Below are positions 16,801 to 28,200 of a stretch of DNA of 64,000 nucleotides, in pieces; the first letter of the stretch is position 1, and each line of letters begins with the position of its first letter. The notes beneath the pieces were generated by a model. The model was not told the DNA's origin, made no database searches, and saw only the letters and a program-made list of their open reading frames with translations. Both the position numbers and the translations under genes were made by a program. This DNA is from a virus. The stretch lies in IMG/VR virus record IMGVR_UViG_3300028384_001275, positions 40,524 through 104,523 of that record. One strand, given 5' to 3'.

Positions 16801-18090
16801 AGTAAATTTAGCACTGGAATTTCAGAATTTGAAAAAGAAGCCATGCCCTATGTTGCTAGGGCAGGAGACTCGGTAGATGCACATGGTGAAAATATGTCAC
16901 ACCTCTATGCGCCCTTCGGAAAAGATCGGTGTATTAAGATGGGACAACCTAAGCTTTATAATATTCAAAGATGGTTTGAGATGCCTTGTCCCTATTTGGC
17001 ACAGAAGCAAGGGGGAGATGAAAACCTCGGTGAAGGTGTATCAAAGAAGAAAAGGAAGAATAGAAAATATGGAAATAAGCAAAGAGCATATGGATATCTT
17101 CCATATCAATATTGTGCATCTAAGGAAGAGAGTGCATCCTTCACAGTATCCATGGAATTTGAAGGTCGGACTATTGGATCTCAGGGCGAAGCATTTATGA
17201 ATTATCTAAACAGAATGCCCAAACCAAAACTTGCTCCTGTAAGAAAAGTTACTAATGGTAAGAAAACATGGAATTGTAATGATGGTGATGTTGAGGGTAG
17301 ATGCTATCACAATGATGACGGTGATGTTGTATTTGTTGCTATCGGGGGAGATGAAAATACCTATGACTATAACAGCATCGATGGGTATAGTGAGTATGAT
17401 CAATTTCAAACTTGGTTACAAGACAACCTAACATCACAGCTAACTCCCACAAGTGCTTATTGGACATTTACAACCACAACCACTACTCCTGGATCAGGTG
17501 TAGAAGGAGATCCAGATTATGTCCCCCCTGTTACTACCACTACTACCGACAATGAAGATGGTGTAGACTTTAATTACCCATATACAGCGTTTAGTGTAGA
17601 TTGCTCTACACCATATCCAGCGCATGAGTGTTGGGATACTTATGCTGGATCTAATGGACCCCTAAATGTCTATTGCGGATACGATAGAAATGGCACGGGC
17701 ATACCTGGAAAACGGTGGTGGGAAATTACAGCATTTAATAGGACAAATCCATTTTGTACATCTTGCCCTCCTGTAGTTTATGGATCTGCATATGCATTCT
17801 TCAATATGAATCAGGGGTCAGGAGCTAGTGTCGGATTGACATATGTGAATGATGCATCTATTGCAATCAATCCACAAAGAATGACAGAAGATGATGAGTT
17901 AAATAATAAGAAAAGAATGGTGCTTGGTCCTTACGACGGAAAGGTTACTATTCGCAACTGGTTGACTGGTGGCACTATTGCTCTAGGTAGATCCATTAAC
18001 AATTTTGGCAATCCATTCTTTGATGAATGCTCTCAGCCAGATGAGGGTAGTGCATGGACAGATGGTCAAACAATTAATGAGGAGTTTTAA
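13876..18090 (+). CDS. Large virion structural protein, 1404 aa
   Basis: IEIINSGRGY and VRIIDGGSGY repeats shared with neighbouring baseplate proteins; follows a late promoter; lies before PAAR-like and gp25 genes. Confidence 0.75.
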   Translation: MVAFLQETGRSFPNPISSEQYTRPFKRPSSSKYESHDKYPNIGTGTDYYIQFEKGGPGSKPLGSDTVHYLGDTPKIDVRFDSSGNIVVAGGTCDLGLTLQWDDNTGTAGTTGADVSASINGSTISVSHGSGEKGSDRSNLVSNVGPGTYSTSISSNYGRSIRDDQICFYDDDGNDCNATLSIRVQNQEPTPNALSYATHPNFERQAIYRFFRGAKNDHKYSDLAGMSREDFGCENEDWSGVARGYNKEPRDGRPSFYLMNKEVTGSSPIKLYYSYWPDNTVLHFGSGNPSGITVGCGRNKYKYVKTIGYGFATESAAGDFKGSAENAVPLYHYRKGVYQNGQQGKDIDDLYTIDPASEVNLSGGPIAPKDALSGEYVYQGILCYIFASDVVDAPTIEYVEGTAIGPTGQCVDKTDWYDYGIEGSGYGDDEYRRFDPASYANYVAESENSKGYAPTTPGTALWNSDNVTIQNEDAHFEWFYGLNGAVKAALPRYLGFEDAYDSQFMFYLYDTSYPWNGPIYGIQYTLNDVPCCPNTTIPGQGEDDDEPGCVPHESYHSHFYEIKRDAWETTKTRLKINDGKEDVNANFTEIDTLSPRILFRYTSRDGDWNRGDTINGWFVNAVFYYGDELKVGVMHLSGNGNDFTYNSAYTSTDGGAIRVLAGYGIPNKAAFAGVYEFPKKISYWKVEISPNALIPNRTLDEAVLKAYVNKKGEVSEIEIINSGRGYENPLIKVINPGLLEDFNANDTAKIIKAKVGMNADFEKAIENPNVTFSSRDIGKDSHEVFGIKTGQFRPKNKNKSPYVSKEAVIEVTKLTDEGGIDSVRIIDGGSGYSSDEIPDVLVADPEYIKYDSPPQPGKQKNRFNKSLESMGAHMAASWSEVQNLNSLATSNKSGKTNKKESGLLDTSTEYTQSSVNFIRDGISVEIPDSYIRVPQEEISEDELHMCFDLPATCIKVDARTNLSKALPKQDQFSEVSKFSTGISEFEKEAMPYVARAGDSVDAHGENMSHLYAPFGKDRCIKMGQPKLYNIQRWFEMPCPYLAQKQGGDENLGEGVSKKKRKNRKYGNKQRAYGYLPYQYCASKEESASFTVSMEFEGRTIGSQGEAFMNYLNRMPKPKLAPVRKVTNGKKTWNCNDGDVEGRCYHNDDGDVVFVAIGGDENTYDYNSIDGYSEYDQFQTWLQDNLTSQLTPTSAYWTFTTTTTTPGSGVEGDPDYVPPVTTTTTDNEDGVDFNYPYTAFSVDCSTPYPAHECWDTYAGSNGPLNVYCGYDRNGTGIPGKRWWEITAFNRTNPFCTSCPPVVYGSAYAFFNMNQGSGASVGLTYVNDASIAINPQRMTEDDELNNKKRMVLGPYDGKVTIRNWLTGGTIALGRSINNFGNPFFDECSQPDEGSAWTDGQTINEEF

Positions 18091-18092
18091 TC

Positions 18093-18623
18093 ATGGCATT
18101 TGGATTTCTTAAACCAGTATCATCTTTGAATGGATTGCCTTGCTCAGGGCATGGACTGTGCCTACCCTCTACTATCCACTCAGTGCAGGCATGTGGCACT
18201 CCTGCAATTCCATATCCAATATTGATTAAAAATTTCACATGTTGGTGGCCACCTCTCCCAATGGTGCCAACATTTCCTGTAACTCCTGAGCGAGCCACAG
18301 TTCTTGTGAATCGAGTGCCAGTTAGTGTAATGGGAGATACGTTTTCTTTGCACCCATCTACTTGCACAAATATTGTTGTCCATATATGTCCATGTGGCAA
18401 ATCAATGTGTGCTATACCATCGCCAGTCCCCTGCAGTGCCTTAACGATTGAAGATGGTGGTGTTGGGCATGTGAGAGTTGTAGTTGCAACTAGCTTAACA
18501 GTTTTTGCATTCAAACGACCCATTGCTAGGATGCTAGACCCTCTTGGTGTTGGATTTCCTGGATTTTCACTGCCTTGCTCATCTACAGTTGCGTTTGGGC
18601 ACCCGACTGTGCTATCATCATAG
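18093..18623 (+). CDS. PAAR-like (T4 gp5.4-like) spike tip protein with Cys-rich insertion
   Basis: CSGH, TVLVNRVPVSVMGD...H, TVFAFKRPIARMLD, C...VAFGHPTV. Confidence 0.75.
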   Translation: MAFGFLKPVSSLNGLPCSGHGLCLPSTIHSVQACGTPAIPYPILIKNFTCWWPPLPMVPTFPVTPERATVLVNRVPVSVMGDTFSLHPSTCTNIVVHICPCGKSMCAIPSPVPCSALTIEDGGVGHVRVVVATSLTVFAFKRPIARMLDPLGVGFPGFSLPCSSTVAFGHPTVLSS

Positions 18624-18640
18624 GGTCCTAAAGGAGCAAA

Positions 18641-18790
18641 ATGGCAGCAAAATCACGAGTAGGTCTCTCAGGAGGCAACTTTATTGGTGGAAAACCGAAG
18701 ACAACCCGACAAGGGTCATCTAAGAACACTAAATATTCAGCAACTTCCTCAAATGCAAAGAAAAAGCGGTATCGTGGACAAGGACGCTAA
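18641..18790 (+). CDS. Small very basic protein, 49 aa (not in ORF track)
   Basis: AAGGAG RBS; MAAKSRVGLSGGNFIGGKPKTTRQGSSKNTKYSATSSNAKKKRYRGQGR. Confidence 0.8.
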   Translation: MAAKSRVGLSGGNFIGGKPKTTRQGSSKNTKYSATSSNAKKKRYRGQGR

Positions 18791-18947
18791 GGTAAAAACC
18801 ACACCACAGTTGGTTAATGAGTCCAATTTGGCACTCTACCGTGTCTCTATGAATGTCCCGCAAGCAGCAAAGCATTGTGGAATGACTCTTAGAGAAATGA
18901 AAATGACATTTAGGGAGTTTCTAAAAACAAATCCTCCTGAAATGTAA
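18753..18947 (+). CDS. Small HTH-like protein (start uncertain)
   Basis: MNVPQAAKHCGMTLREMK resembles a helix-turn-helix. Confidence 0.5.
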   Translation: MQRKSGIVDKDAKVKTTPQLVNESNLALYRVSMNVPQAAKHCGMTLREMKMTFREFLKTNPPEM

Positions 18948-19447
18948 TGAAAAATCTCCTCTTCATCAGTCAAGATCGGGAAATGGCTCTCATACAAGAG
19001 TTAATTTACAAGATCAAAAAGTGGCAACCTGATTGGCACCCCTCTCGGACTTGCTTTTTGTGTGTATCGCCCGACTATTCAAGCATTGTTACTCAACATT
19101 TGAGTCATGCTTTGACTGTTGATGGGGAGATTTTCAATATTGAAGCGGTAAACGTGCCGTTTCCTGATGAAAGTCATATGAATTATAAGGTTGACTTTGA
19201 AATCAACCTTCAGCAATGGAAACAAAAGTGGGAAAGCTTTGTCTTAATTGAAGCTGGAGTCATCAGAGGGGGCAACTACACCTGGTTGACTGAGACAATG
19301 GAAGCAAATAGTGTCTCAGATTACGACACAGTTGCACTATGTGAGAATGTTAAGAGTAAATTCCAGTCTGATTTTGTTTCGCTTTACTACGATAACGATA
19401 TTGACGATCTCCATTTCTGGTGGGAGCAGCCAAACAATCATTGGTAA
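18947..19447 (+). CDS. Phosphoribosyltransferase-fold-like protein
   Basis: FVLIEAGVIRGGNY resembles a degenerate PRPP-binding loop; C-terminal LHFWWE. Confidence 0.55.
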   Translation: MKNLLFISQDREMALIQELIYKIKKWQPDWHPSRTCFLCVSPDYSSIVTQHLSHALTVDGEIFNIEAVNVPFPDESHMNYKVDFEINLQQWKQKWESFVLIEAGVIRGGNYTWLTETMEANSVSDYDTVALCENVKSKFQSDFVSLYYDNDIDDLHFWWEQPNNHW

Positions 19448-19451
19448 CCCA

Positions 19452-19458
19452 ATAAATA
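19452..19458 (+). promoter_or_regulatory. T4-like late promoter
   Basis: Intergenic ATAAATA; a second ATAAATA at 19556-19562 precedes gp25. Confidence 0.65.
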
Positions 19459-19479
19459 ACTCAGAGAGTCATCATTACT

Positions 19480-19635
19480 ATGGCAAACTCCCCTGTCCCA
19501 GACCAGTCTGAAGATTTCCTATCAAGAATGACACTTATCACTGACCCGAGGAGTGATAAATATCTCAAGCGAGTCAAAAAATCACTAGAGTCTGATAAAT
19601 GTCAAGATACAGATTCCGATCAGAAAAATATGTAA
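19480..19635 (+). CDS. Small hypothetical protein, 51 aa (not in ORF track)
   Basis: MANSPVPDQSEDFLSRMTLITDPRSDKYL... directly behind the late promoter. Confidence 0.6.
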   Translation: MANSPVPDQSEDFLSRMTLITDPRSDKYLKRVKKSLESDKCQDTDSDQKNM

Positions 19636-20012
19636 GTAGAGGATACAAGGATTTTGCAATTTCTTTTGCACCCAATCCTTCTACTGAAGATTTTGGAGCT
19701 GTTAAAAATGCAAATGCAATTAAACAGTCCGTAAGGAATCTTTTACTTACTCGTTTTGGGGAGAGACCCTTCCAAGAAAATATTGGGTCGCGGATTAAGT
19801 CTCTATTATTTGAGCCATTTGATCCATTTTCTGTGGATGAAATGAAAATGGAGATAATTAATGTCCTCACACGTCTAGAACCGCGCATCGAAATATCTAG
19901 AATTGAGATTTTAGACGAAAGTGATGTAAATTCCGTAAAAATTGAGCTAGATTTCAACATCGTTGGTGAAGAATTAGTCCAAACTATCGACTTCCTCTTG
20001 GAAAGAACGTAA
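19599..20012 (+). CDS. gp25: Baseplate wedge subunit gp25
   Basis: AIKQSVRNLLLTRFGERPF...LLFEP...LEPRI. Confidence 0.93.
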   Translation: MSRYRFRSEKYVSRGYKDFAISFAPNPSTEDFGAVKNANAIKQSVRNLLLTRFGERPFQENIGSRIKSLLFEPFDPFSVDEMKMEIINVLTRLEPRIEISRIEILDESDVNSVKIELDFNIVGEELVQTIDFLLERT

Positions 20013-20013
20013 A

Positions 20014-22200
20014 ATGCCTGCAATTCCCTCACAATTAACGTCTTTAGACTTCTTTGAGATCAAAGAATCAATCAGATCGTACTTGAGGACTCGTAAAGAG
20101 TTTACTGATTACGATTTTGAGGGAAGTGCTGCATCTTATTTGATTGATATCTTAGCATATAATACTTACTACACCGCATTTAATGCCAACATGGCGCTGA
20201 ATGAGGCATTTTTGGAGACTGCTACGGTTAGAGACAACATTGTCAAGCTAGCAAAACAGTTAAATTACACTCCTAGGTCGATTAAAGCTCCAAAGGGGTG
20301 TGTTAATTTGATTGTGCAGACCCAACAATCTATTAATGGTGCAACATTCCCCGAATTTGTCACTATGAAGGCGGGCGATGTCTTTGTTGCTGATAATTCT
20401 ACGGATAGTTTTACCTTTGCTTTGATGAGAGATATCAAAGTTCCCGTAGAATCGGGCACTGGTAAGGCATATTTTAACAATGTCACCATTTATCAAGGCA
20501 ATCGACTCCATTACAACTATACAGTTGATTATACGAAGAATCAAGAATTCATTATTCCCGATGAAAACGTCGATACTGAGCTTTTAGTAGTCTCAATTTC
20601 TCCAAATGCACAATCTTCAGAGAAAGATGCTTATAATTTGGCGGCAAATGTGACTACTCTCGATTCAAATTCGCGAATTTACTATCTTGAAGAAGCAGAA
20701 GACCTTAGATATCGTCTAGTTTTCGGTGATGGTGTTATTGGACGCAAATTAATTGATGGAGAATACATCACAATTACATATTTGTCCACAGAAGGCGTTG
20801 AAGCTAACGGAGCAAGTGATTTTTCATTCATTGGACAAGTCGTAGACAGTGATAATCGAGTTATTGCCCCAAATAAGATTTCTACAGAGACAAAGGACAA
20901 GGCACAGCAAGGAGAAAATCCCGAATCTGCATTATCAGTTAAGATGAATGCTCCTAGAGCATATGCAGCTCAAAATAGGGCAGTTACTGAGTCTGATTAT
21001 GAAACCATCACTGCTCAGATCTATCCCCAGGCTGCGTCTGTAACCGCCTATGGGGGCGAGAAACTGACTCCTCCTGTATATGGCAAGGTCTTCATTGCAA
21101 TTCGCCCCAAAACTGGCACAAAGCTAAATGCATCGACTAAAAAGTCGATTGAGAATGATTTGAAAAAATATACAGTTGCATCAATTCTTCCTGAAGTAAT
21201 TGATCCCACTACTTACTACATCATTCCAAAAACTTATGCATATTATGACGGTAATGCAACTAATCAAACAGGATCTGAAATTGGCACATCAATCCTGCAA
21301 AACATAGACAAGTTTAACAGGGATGGTCAGCAGAATCGTTTTGGTGGTCGTATTGATGGATCTAATTTTGGATCAATGATTGATAATAGTGATACTGCAG
21401 TTAGGGGTAATGTCACTCAAATGACAGTTGGTCAAAACCTTGATCAATTTACATTTGGAAATGTTTTTACTCAGTGCCTTAACTATGGAAATCCACTTTC
21501 AGATCCAGGTAAATATTCTGGCACCCCAGATGGCAGTAATAACGGCGACGGCAATGGTGATGGAGATGGTAATAATGGAAATGGTGATGGAAATGGTGAT
21601 GGTGATGGTGATAATGGAAATGGTGATGGTAACGGCGGTGATGGTAAATGTAAGCCTTCATTCTCGACAGTTAAGTCGGGCACTTTTTACGCAACAGGGT
21701 ATACCGAGCAACTGGCAAACCTTGCTGCAGACGGAAGTGGTGTAGCACCAACTCTTGTCGATTCTGCATTTACATCGGGCGATACTACTGAAACTCTTGT
21801 CCCTGTAAATATTAGAGATGACGGTCAAGGAAACCTGATGTTGGTGACACTCAGAGACGAATCTGAAGTTGTCCTGAATCCTACGGTAGGTACAGTTGAT
21901 TATGCTAATGGTGTTGTTTGCGTAGGACCACTTGCAATTTCTGGCACACCCGATGATACTGAAAGGGTGCCTATTCAAGTCGTCCCATTTGGTGGATCTA
22001 TTACTATTCCACCTGGTGTTGACCCCACTATCTTTAATCCTACGGTCAATCCAATCAACTTTAGAATTGAAGATATTTCAATCCCCAACTTCGATCCCAA
22101 TAACTTTAGTGGTTATAACTACGGTGATGTGGGGGGTATAAATATCATTGATTATCCAACGGATAACTTCACATATCCAGTATCGGACTCTTGTTTCTGA
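20014..22200 (+). CDS. gp6: Baseplate wedge subunit gp6
   Basis: LDFFEIKESI, FTDYDFEGS, LAYNTYY, FGDGVIG and QNRAVTESDY motifs. Confidence 0.93.
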   Translation: MPAIPSQLTSLDFFEIKESIRSYLRTRKEFTDYDFEGSAASYLIDILAYNTYYTAFNANMALNEAFLETATVRDNIVKLAKQLNYTPRSIKAPKGCVNLIVQTQQSINGATFPEFVTMKAGDVFVADNSTDSFTFALMRDIKVPVESGTGKAYFNNVTIYQGNRLHYNYTVDYTKNQEFIIPDENVDTELLVVSISPNAQSSEKDAYNLAANVTTLDSNSRIYYLEEAEDLRYRLVFGDGVIGRKLIDGEYITITYLSTEGVEANGASDFSFIGQVVDSDNRVIAPNKISTETKDKAQQGENPESALSVKMNAPRAYAAQNRAVTESDYETITAQIYPQAASVTAYGGEKLTPPVYGKVFIAIRPKTGTKLNASTKKSIENDLKKYTVASILPEVIDPTTYYIIPKTYAYYDGNATNQTGSEIGTSILQNIDKFNRDGQQNRFGGRIDGSNFGSMIDNSDTAVRGNVTQMTVGQNLDQFTFGNVFTQCLNYGNPLSDPGKYSGTPDGSNNGDGNGDGDGNNGNGDGNGDGDGDNGNGDGNGGDGKCKPSFSTVKSGTFYATGYTEQLANLAADGSGVAPTLVDSAFTSGDTTETLVPVNIRDDGQGNLMLVTLRDESEVVLNPTVGTVDYANGVVCVGPLAISGTPDDTERVPIQVVPFGGSITIPPGVDPTIFNPTVNPINFRIEDISIPNFDPNNFSGYNYGDVGGINIIDYPTDNFTYPVSDSCF
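21535..21645 (+). repeat. Gly/Asp/Asn low-complexity repeat in gp6
   Basis: (GGTGAT/GGAAAT)n encoding GDGNGDGDGNNGNG... Confidence 0.85.
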
Positions 22201-22205
22201 GATAG

Positions 22206-25200
22206 ATGCCTAAACAGAATATTAACGTATCGGACAGAGTTGAAAATCAACTTCCTGAATTTATTCGGGAAGAAGATACTCAGCTTGTAAACTTCCTTTT
22301 TCAATACTACAAGTCTCAGGAAAAAACAGGTCGTCCTTATGACATCCTGAATAACTTACTGAATTATCTCGACCTGGATGCATATAGCACCCGAGAGTTG
22401 ACAGGTAGCACTGAGCTCCTGAATGATATTGATACTGCGAATACTAAAATTGAAATCGAGTCAATCGATGGATTCCGTGATAAAAACGGATCGATCATGA
22501 TTGATAATGAGGTGATCTACTACGAGACGGTCACCCGTGGTCCTGATGCGATTATTACTCCTGGACTATCTTATCCACAATTCAAAAAGAAAGAGCAGCA
22601 ACTAGAGAATCCATTTCCTCTGTTTGATGGGACTCGGACTGCATTCCCTCTTTCCTTTCTCGGCACCCCTGTAACACCCCCTTCCGCCGAGCACCTGATT
22701 GTTATTGCATATAATCAGTTAATGATCCCTGGTGTTGATTACACCCTTGATAATAGCACTATTAATTTCACATCTGCTCCTAGAGCAAGGACTGGTGCGG
22801 ATAACTCTGACTTCACACAGTTTACTTATCTGGTAGGTTACGCTGATCAGACTATTAAGACACTCGATACTGTCGATGGTAGTGTTTATAATGGCAAAAA
22901 AGAATATCCATTAAAATTTAATACTGAAAATTATAGTCCAACATCAGAGAGTGGTCTTCTTGTCAATAAGAATGGCAGACTTCTCACACCATATGAAGAT
23001 TATACTATCTTCTACGATAAGCTGATCTTTGATAATCCTGTAAGTGGATCAGACGCTATTCATATCAGATCTGTTGAATATATTGCTCCTTCCTATGGAT
23101 CTGGTGCTGTTGGTATTGTAGAAGTTGATGATTCTGGAAGTGTATCTAAAATTAGATCTAAGGTTGGTGGATCTGGTTATCGTTTGGATTTTAATCCAAA
23201 AGTTTCTATTCAATCAAATACTGGTAGAGGAGCAACCGCTCGATCTCTTGTCGGTGGTGTTAAAAACATTAATCTAATTGATGGTGGACAAGGATACACT
23301 TCATATAACCCACCCATCCCCATAGTAGCACGACCATCTTCTGCTAACGGCAGTCCAGCTAAGTTGTCACTAACAGTCGATGATGAGACTGGTCAAGTTT
23401 CAGAGATTTCCCTTGACAATAGTGGTAGTGGATATGAATTTATTCCAGCTATTACGTTTGTTAACCCTGGTGGGGCAAAAATTTCTGGAGCTACTATTGA
23501 CTCTGAAGGTCGTCTAAACCAAGGCAGTATCGTTGTCGATAATGGTGGACTTAATTATACCAATCCTCCAATGGTATACATTGATCCCGCTCCTATTGGT
23601 GGTATTGATGCGAAAGCAACTGCTCGTATTAATCAAGAATCTCAAGTTTATGAGATTCTGATTACCAATCGTGGTAGAGGTTACACCACTGCGCCCAGAG
23701 TTGCGATTATTGATCCTGTTGGTGCCCAGGTCCTTGATGTTACTGTAGCATCTGGATCAGTAACCAATATTGAAATGTTGACAGGTGGTAGTGGTTACAC
23801 CGATGCACCTTCGGTGTATATTGTTGACGATAGAAAAGACTCTGCAGGTGTATCTATTGGTGGCACAGGCGCTACAGCAGTTGCAACTATCTTCAACGGC
23901 GAAATTACCGATATTAACATTACCAATTTCGGTCAAGGATATTCTACTACAGAACCTCCTAAGATTTTTATTGCAGAACCTAAAGCAGCACGAGCATCGC
24001 TTGAAGTTGGATTTGGTGAGGTAACAGGTTACGATATTATTGAGAGTGGTGCAGGATATACACCTTCAGCATTTGAAGGATGCTCTAGAGGAGTGTCTGG
24101 TGCTGTCAGGTTTGATAATTTTAATAATGAGATTTATGCTAAGGAAGATCAGCTGAGACAATCCAGTCATAATGAAGGAGCGACTGTTGTTTCTCTGGAT
24201 TCTCTGTTTATTAAACAAGTTTTTGATAAGTTTAGACGACAGTATCTGCCAACTATTGAGATTGATTATACCAAGATCAATCCAATTCAGGTTATTAAAA
24301 ATATCAGTGACTTCTATGCATCGAAGGGCACCGAGCTCGCTACACAGTATCTGTTTAAGATCCTATTCGGTGAAGATGTTTCCCTTTACTATCCTAGAGA
24401 TGAGATTATTAGTCCTTCTGCAGCAACTTGGGTTGTCGATACTGTCCTCCGTGCTCAACTGATTGAAGGTGACCCCAACAATCTGATTGACTCTCAAGTT
24501 AATCAGTATGCCGATGCAGTTGATCAGAATATCAAGGCAGCAAATGCTCTAATTGAGAATGTCATCACAATCATTGAGGGCACCGATACCATTTATGAAT
24601 TGGCAATCTCAGAGGAAACTCTTGAAGGTGAATTTAAGATTCCTTATAAAACAACTCTGGTTGAGCCTCTGACAACAGATGGTCAGATTATTACTGTTGA
24701 CTCTACAATCGGATGGCCAGAAAGAAACGGCACTATTCGTATTAATGATGAAGAAGTTGTCCAGTATAAAGAGAAGTCTCTCAATCAATTTATCGAATGC
24801 ACCAGATCTAAGAATGGTGTAGTTGAGGATTGGGATCCTGGCACCACTATCACATCAGATATCTACATCTATGTGAATAGAGGTACAGCACAGGAATGTA
24901 AGTTAAGAATTCTCGGTATTGCTGAAGCTGGTACTACAGTACTGGATGACACTGGATCATATTATATCCCTGGTGATAAACTAAAGGTTGCAAACCTCGG
25001 ATCTACTGCAGTAGAAGAGCGTCTATCTTCTTGGTTGTATAACGTTAAAAAACTGATTTCAGTTACTTCTATTACACCTGGTGGTATTAATAATCAGACT
25101 GCAACTGTAGTTTGCAGGAATCCTCATGGATTGTTGGTATCTGATCAGGTGACTGTTTATGGCGCTAACCCCGTTGTATATAACGGCACGTTTACAGTCA

Positions 25201-28200
25201 CTTCTCGTATTGATGATTTCACATTTTCTTATCAGATTGCAACTGGCACCGAGCTAATCCCTCAGGGAAATATCCTTTTGTCGGTTGACCTGAATAGAGG
25301 TAAGTCTGATATTGCTTCTATTAATAAGGTTATCAGTGAGTTTACGACTAATATCCAAAACTCTTTCTTTAATGATCAATACGTTTATGTAGCTGCATCT
25401 GGTCTACCCAACTATAAGATTGGTCCTTTCACTGGATCGGCATTGATCCCTGGCAACCAACGTAAACTGCTTAGATTCCCCAGAAACGTCGAGACTATCT
25501 CTGAGCGTAAGAATATTAAAGAAAACTCTCCAATCGGTGCATGGGTCAATGGTGTTTCTATTTGGTCTTACAAGTCTATTGAGTCTGTCCAGTTTGGTCC
25601 TCTGACTTCCATCTCGGTTACTTCACCTGGTGAAGGTTATGATGCTGGTGCCAAACCAAACCTTGAGATCAATGGTGGTGGTGGAAGTGGCGCAGTAGCC
25701 TCGGTTGTAGTTGATGGTAGTCTTATAGGATTCTCAGTTACTGCTAGTGGTAGTGGATATACCGAGTCACCTCTAGTTTCCATTGTTGGTGGTGGCGGTA
25801 GTGGTGCAACTGCACAAGCTGTTATCACTGGTGGACGTGTTACTAGAATTTTGGTTGAGCAACCAGGTAGTGGATATACTTCCCAACCATCTGTTTCTAT
25901 TACTGGTGGGGGCGGCACAGGTGCAGAAGCAACTGCACAAGTCCGTGGTCCTATTTCTAAAGTCAACGTTACCAACTTTGGTAGTGGATATACATCACTA
26001 CCTGAAGTTAAAGTTAACTCTGGTGAAGGTGCTCTGGCACAACCCATCGTTATTAATGGTCGTATCGTTTCGATCGCTATTATTAACTCTGGTCAAAAGT
26101 ATACCAGTGCTCCCAATGTCATCATCAATGGTGATGGTTTCGGTGCTATTGCACAAGCAACTATTGGCACAACTGGTGAAGACAAGGGTCGTGTCCTTTC
26201 TATCCAAATCACCAACAAAGGTATTGGTTACACCCAAGGCAATACTACAGTCCGTCTGGAATCTGTTGGTCAACTGGCAACTTTTGAGGCTCAGGTCTTT
26301 AAGTGGAATAAAAACCTTCAGTATGACTTGAGTGCAAAGTATGATAATGCAAGAGGTTACGTCTTTACTGGATACAACAACCAGTTTGGTGGTGAATATG
26401 CTCACTTGAGCGATCCCAAAGAATTGCGTTATGTGGTAGGCGATAATGTTTTCCTCGACCCTGTTACACAAAGATTCCAGGAGCTAGAATCCAACTACAG
26501 ACACTCCCCAATTCTGGGTTGGGCATTTGATGGTAACCCCATCTATGGTCCTTATGGTTACATCGATCCCACTGACCAAAATAGTGGTATCAGAAGACTT
26601 CGCACTTCATACAAGCTGAAAGATAATGTTGTATATGACGAGGATACTAATCCAAATCCCGCTCGTGAAGATGGTCCTTCTCTGACCACTTATCCAGCAG
26701 GCACCTTTGTTACTGACTACACTTATGACTTCCAGTCTGGTGATCTTGACAACTATAATGGTCGTTTCTGTAAGACGCCCGATTATCCAGACGGCACTTA
26801 TGCTTACTTCATCACGATTGATGCATCTGATGCAGGTATTGCTGAATTCCCATATATTATTGGACCTCAGTTTAACTCACTACCCGATGAATGGAATTTC
26901 TCACAGACTGCAACTCAGGAAAATATCCCTGCAGGGGTTGTAAGATATAGAGATCCTTACGTTGACGTTGATATTGATATCGATCGTCAACCTAACCAGG
27001 AAGCAGATGTCCTGACAACTGAGCTTGAAGGTTGGCCAATCATTTTTGAAATTCAAGATAGCAATAATGATGGCATTATTGATGCAAATGAGCAACAAGA
27101 AATCTTGGAGATGTCAGAAGAGGCAACTCTGCAGATTTATGATTACTTCCCCCAAGTCTCCGAAGAGTCTCGTGTTGATATTGAAGTTGAAACTACTACT
27201 CAATTTGAAAATGCACAAATTGATGGTTTTGTGATTGAAAACCCTGGTAAATCCTACCAGGTCAACGATACTGTCTTCTTTAATAATGAAGGGACTGGTG
27301 GATTTGGTGCATCGGCATTTATTGAGTCGGTTAAAGGTCAAAAGATTAGTGCATACACCAAAGAGATCATTAATGACCGCCCCTATGGTGTAATTACTAC
27401 TGAGACAGATCATGAGTTGAGACAACAAGACGAAATTATTGTCAACTCTCGCCCAATTACCGATAATACAAGTAAAACCTTCAAAGTTAAGGTTGTCTCG
27501 GGTATTGAAGGTATTACGATCAATCAATCTGGCACAGGATACAACTCTGACATTCCTCCTACCTTTGAATTGATCACTTCTGCTGGTCAAGATGCCCAGC
27601 TAGAGTTGAAACTGGAGAATACTGGTCAGGTTAACGAAGTTAATATCATCAACTCTGGTAATGGTTACGATTCTGATAATCCCCCTCAGATTCGTATTTC
27701 ACATCCTCAGCAATATAAGAAAACTCGCTATTGGGTATCCGAATTAAATGAATCTGCTGGTAATGTAGTTGTTTTAGACACTCAAACAACTGATGATCGT
27801 CGGACATATGTCTGCGGATATGTAACTGAAGCAGATGGAGACCAGTCTGGATTCCTTGCAAAATTTGATGACTTGGGTCAGTTGGTTTGGAAGCGCACAT
27901 TGCTTCCTCAAAACACTGGTGTCAAAAAAGCAGAATTTGTCAAGATGTATATCAATTCTGCTCCAGAAAACGACCTCATTTATGTTGCAGGCCAAACATA
28001 TGACCCATCAAACACCACTTATAACCCAGATGTTTGGATTGGTCTTTATGAGTCTGGATTTAACAATGCAAATGATCCTGATGGCATTCTGAAGTGGCAA
28101 AAATCGATTGCTGGTATCTCTGGTAGCACTAGAAGAGATTATATCACCACAATTACTCTGGACCAAGAGCAACGTATTTATTTGGGTGGTTATACCGACT

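Noticed and set aside
18684-18752. 5' part of the ORF-track call 18684..18947
   Set aside because: Overlaps the better supported 18641..18790 gene, which has a strong RBS
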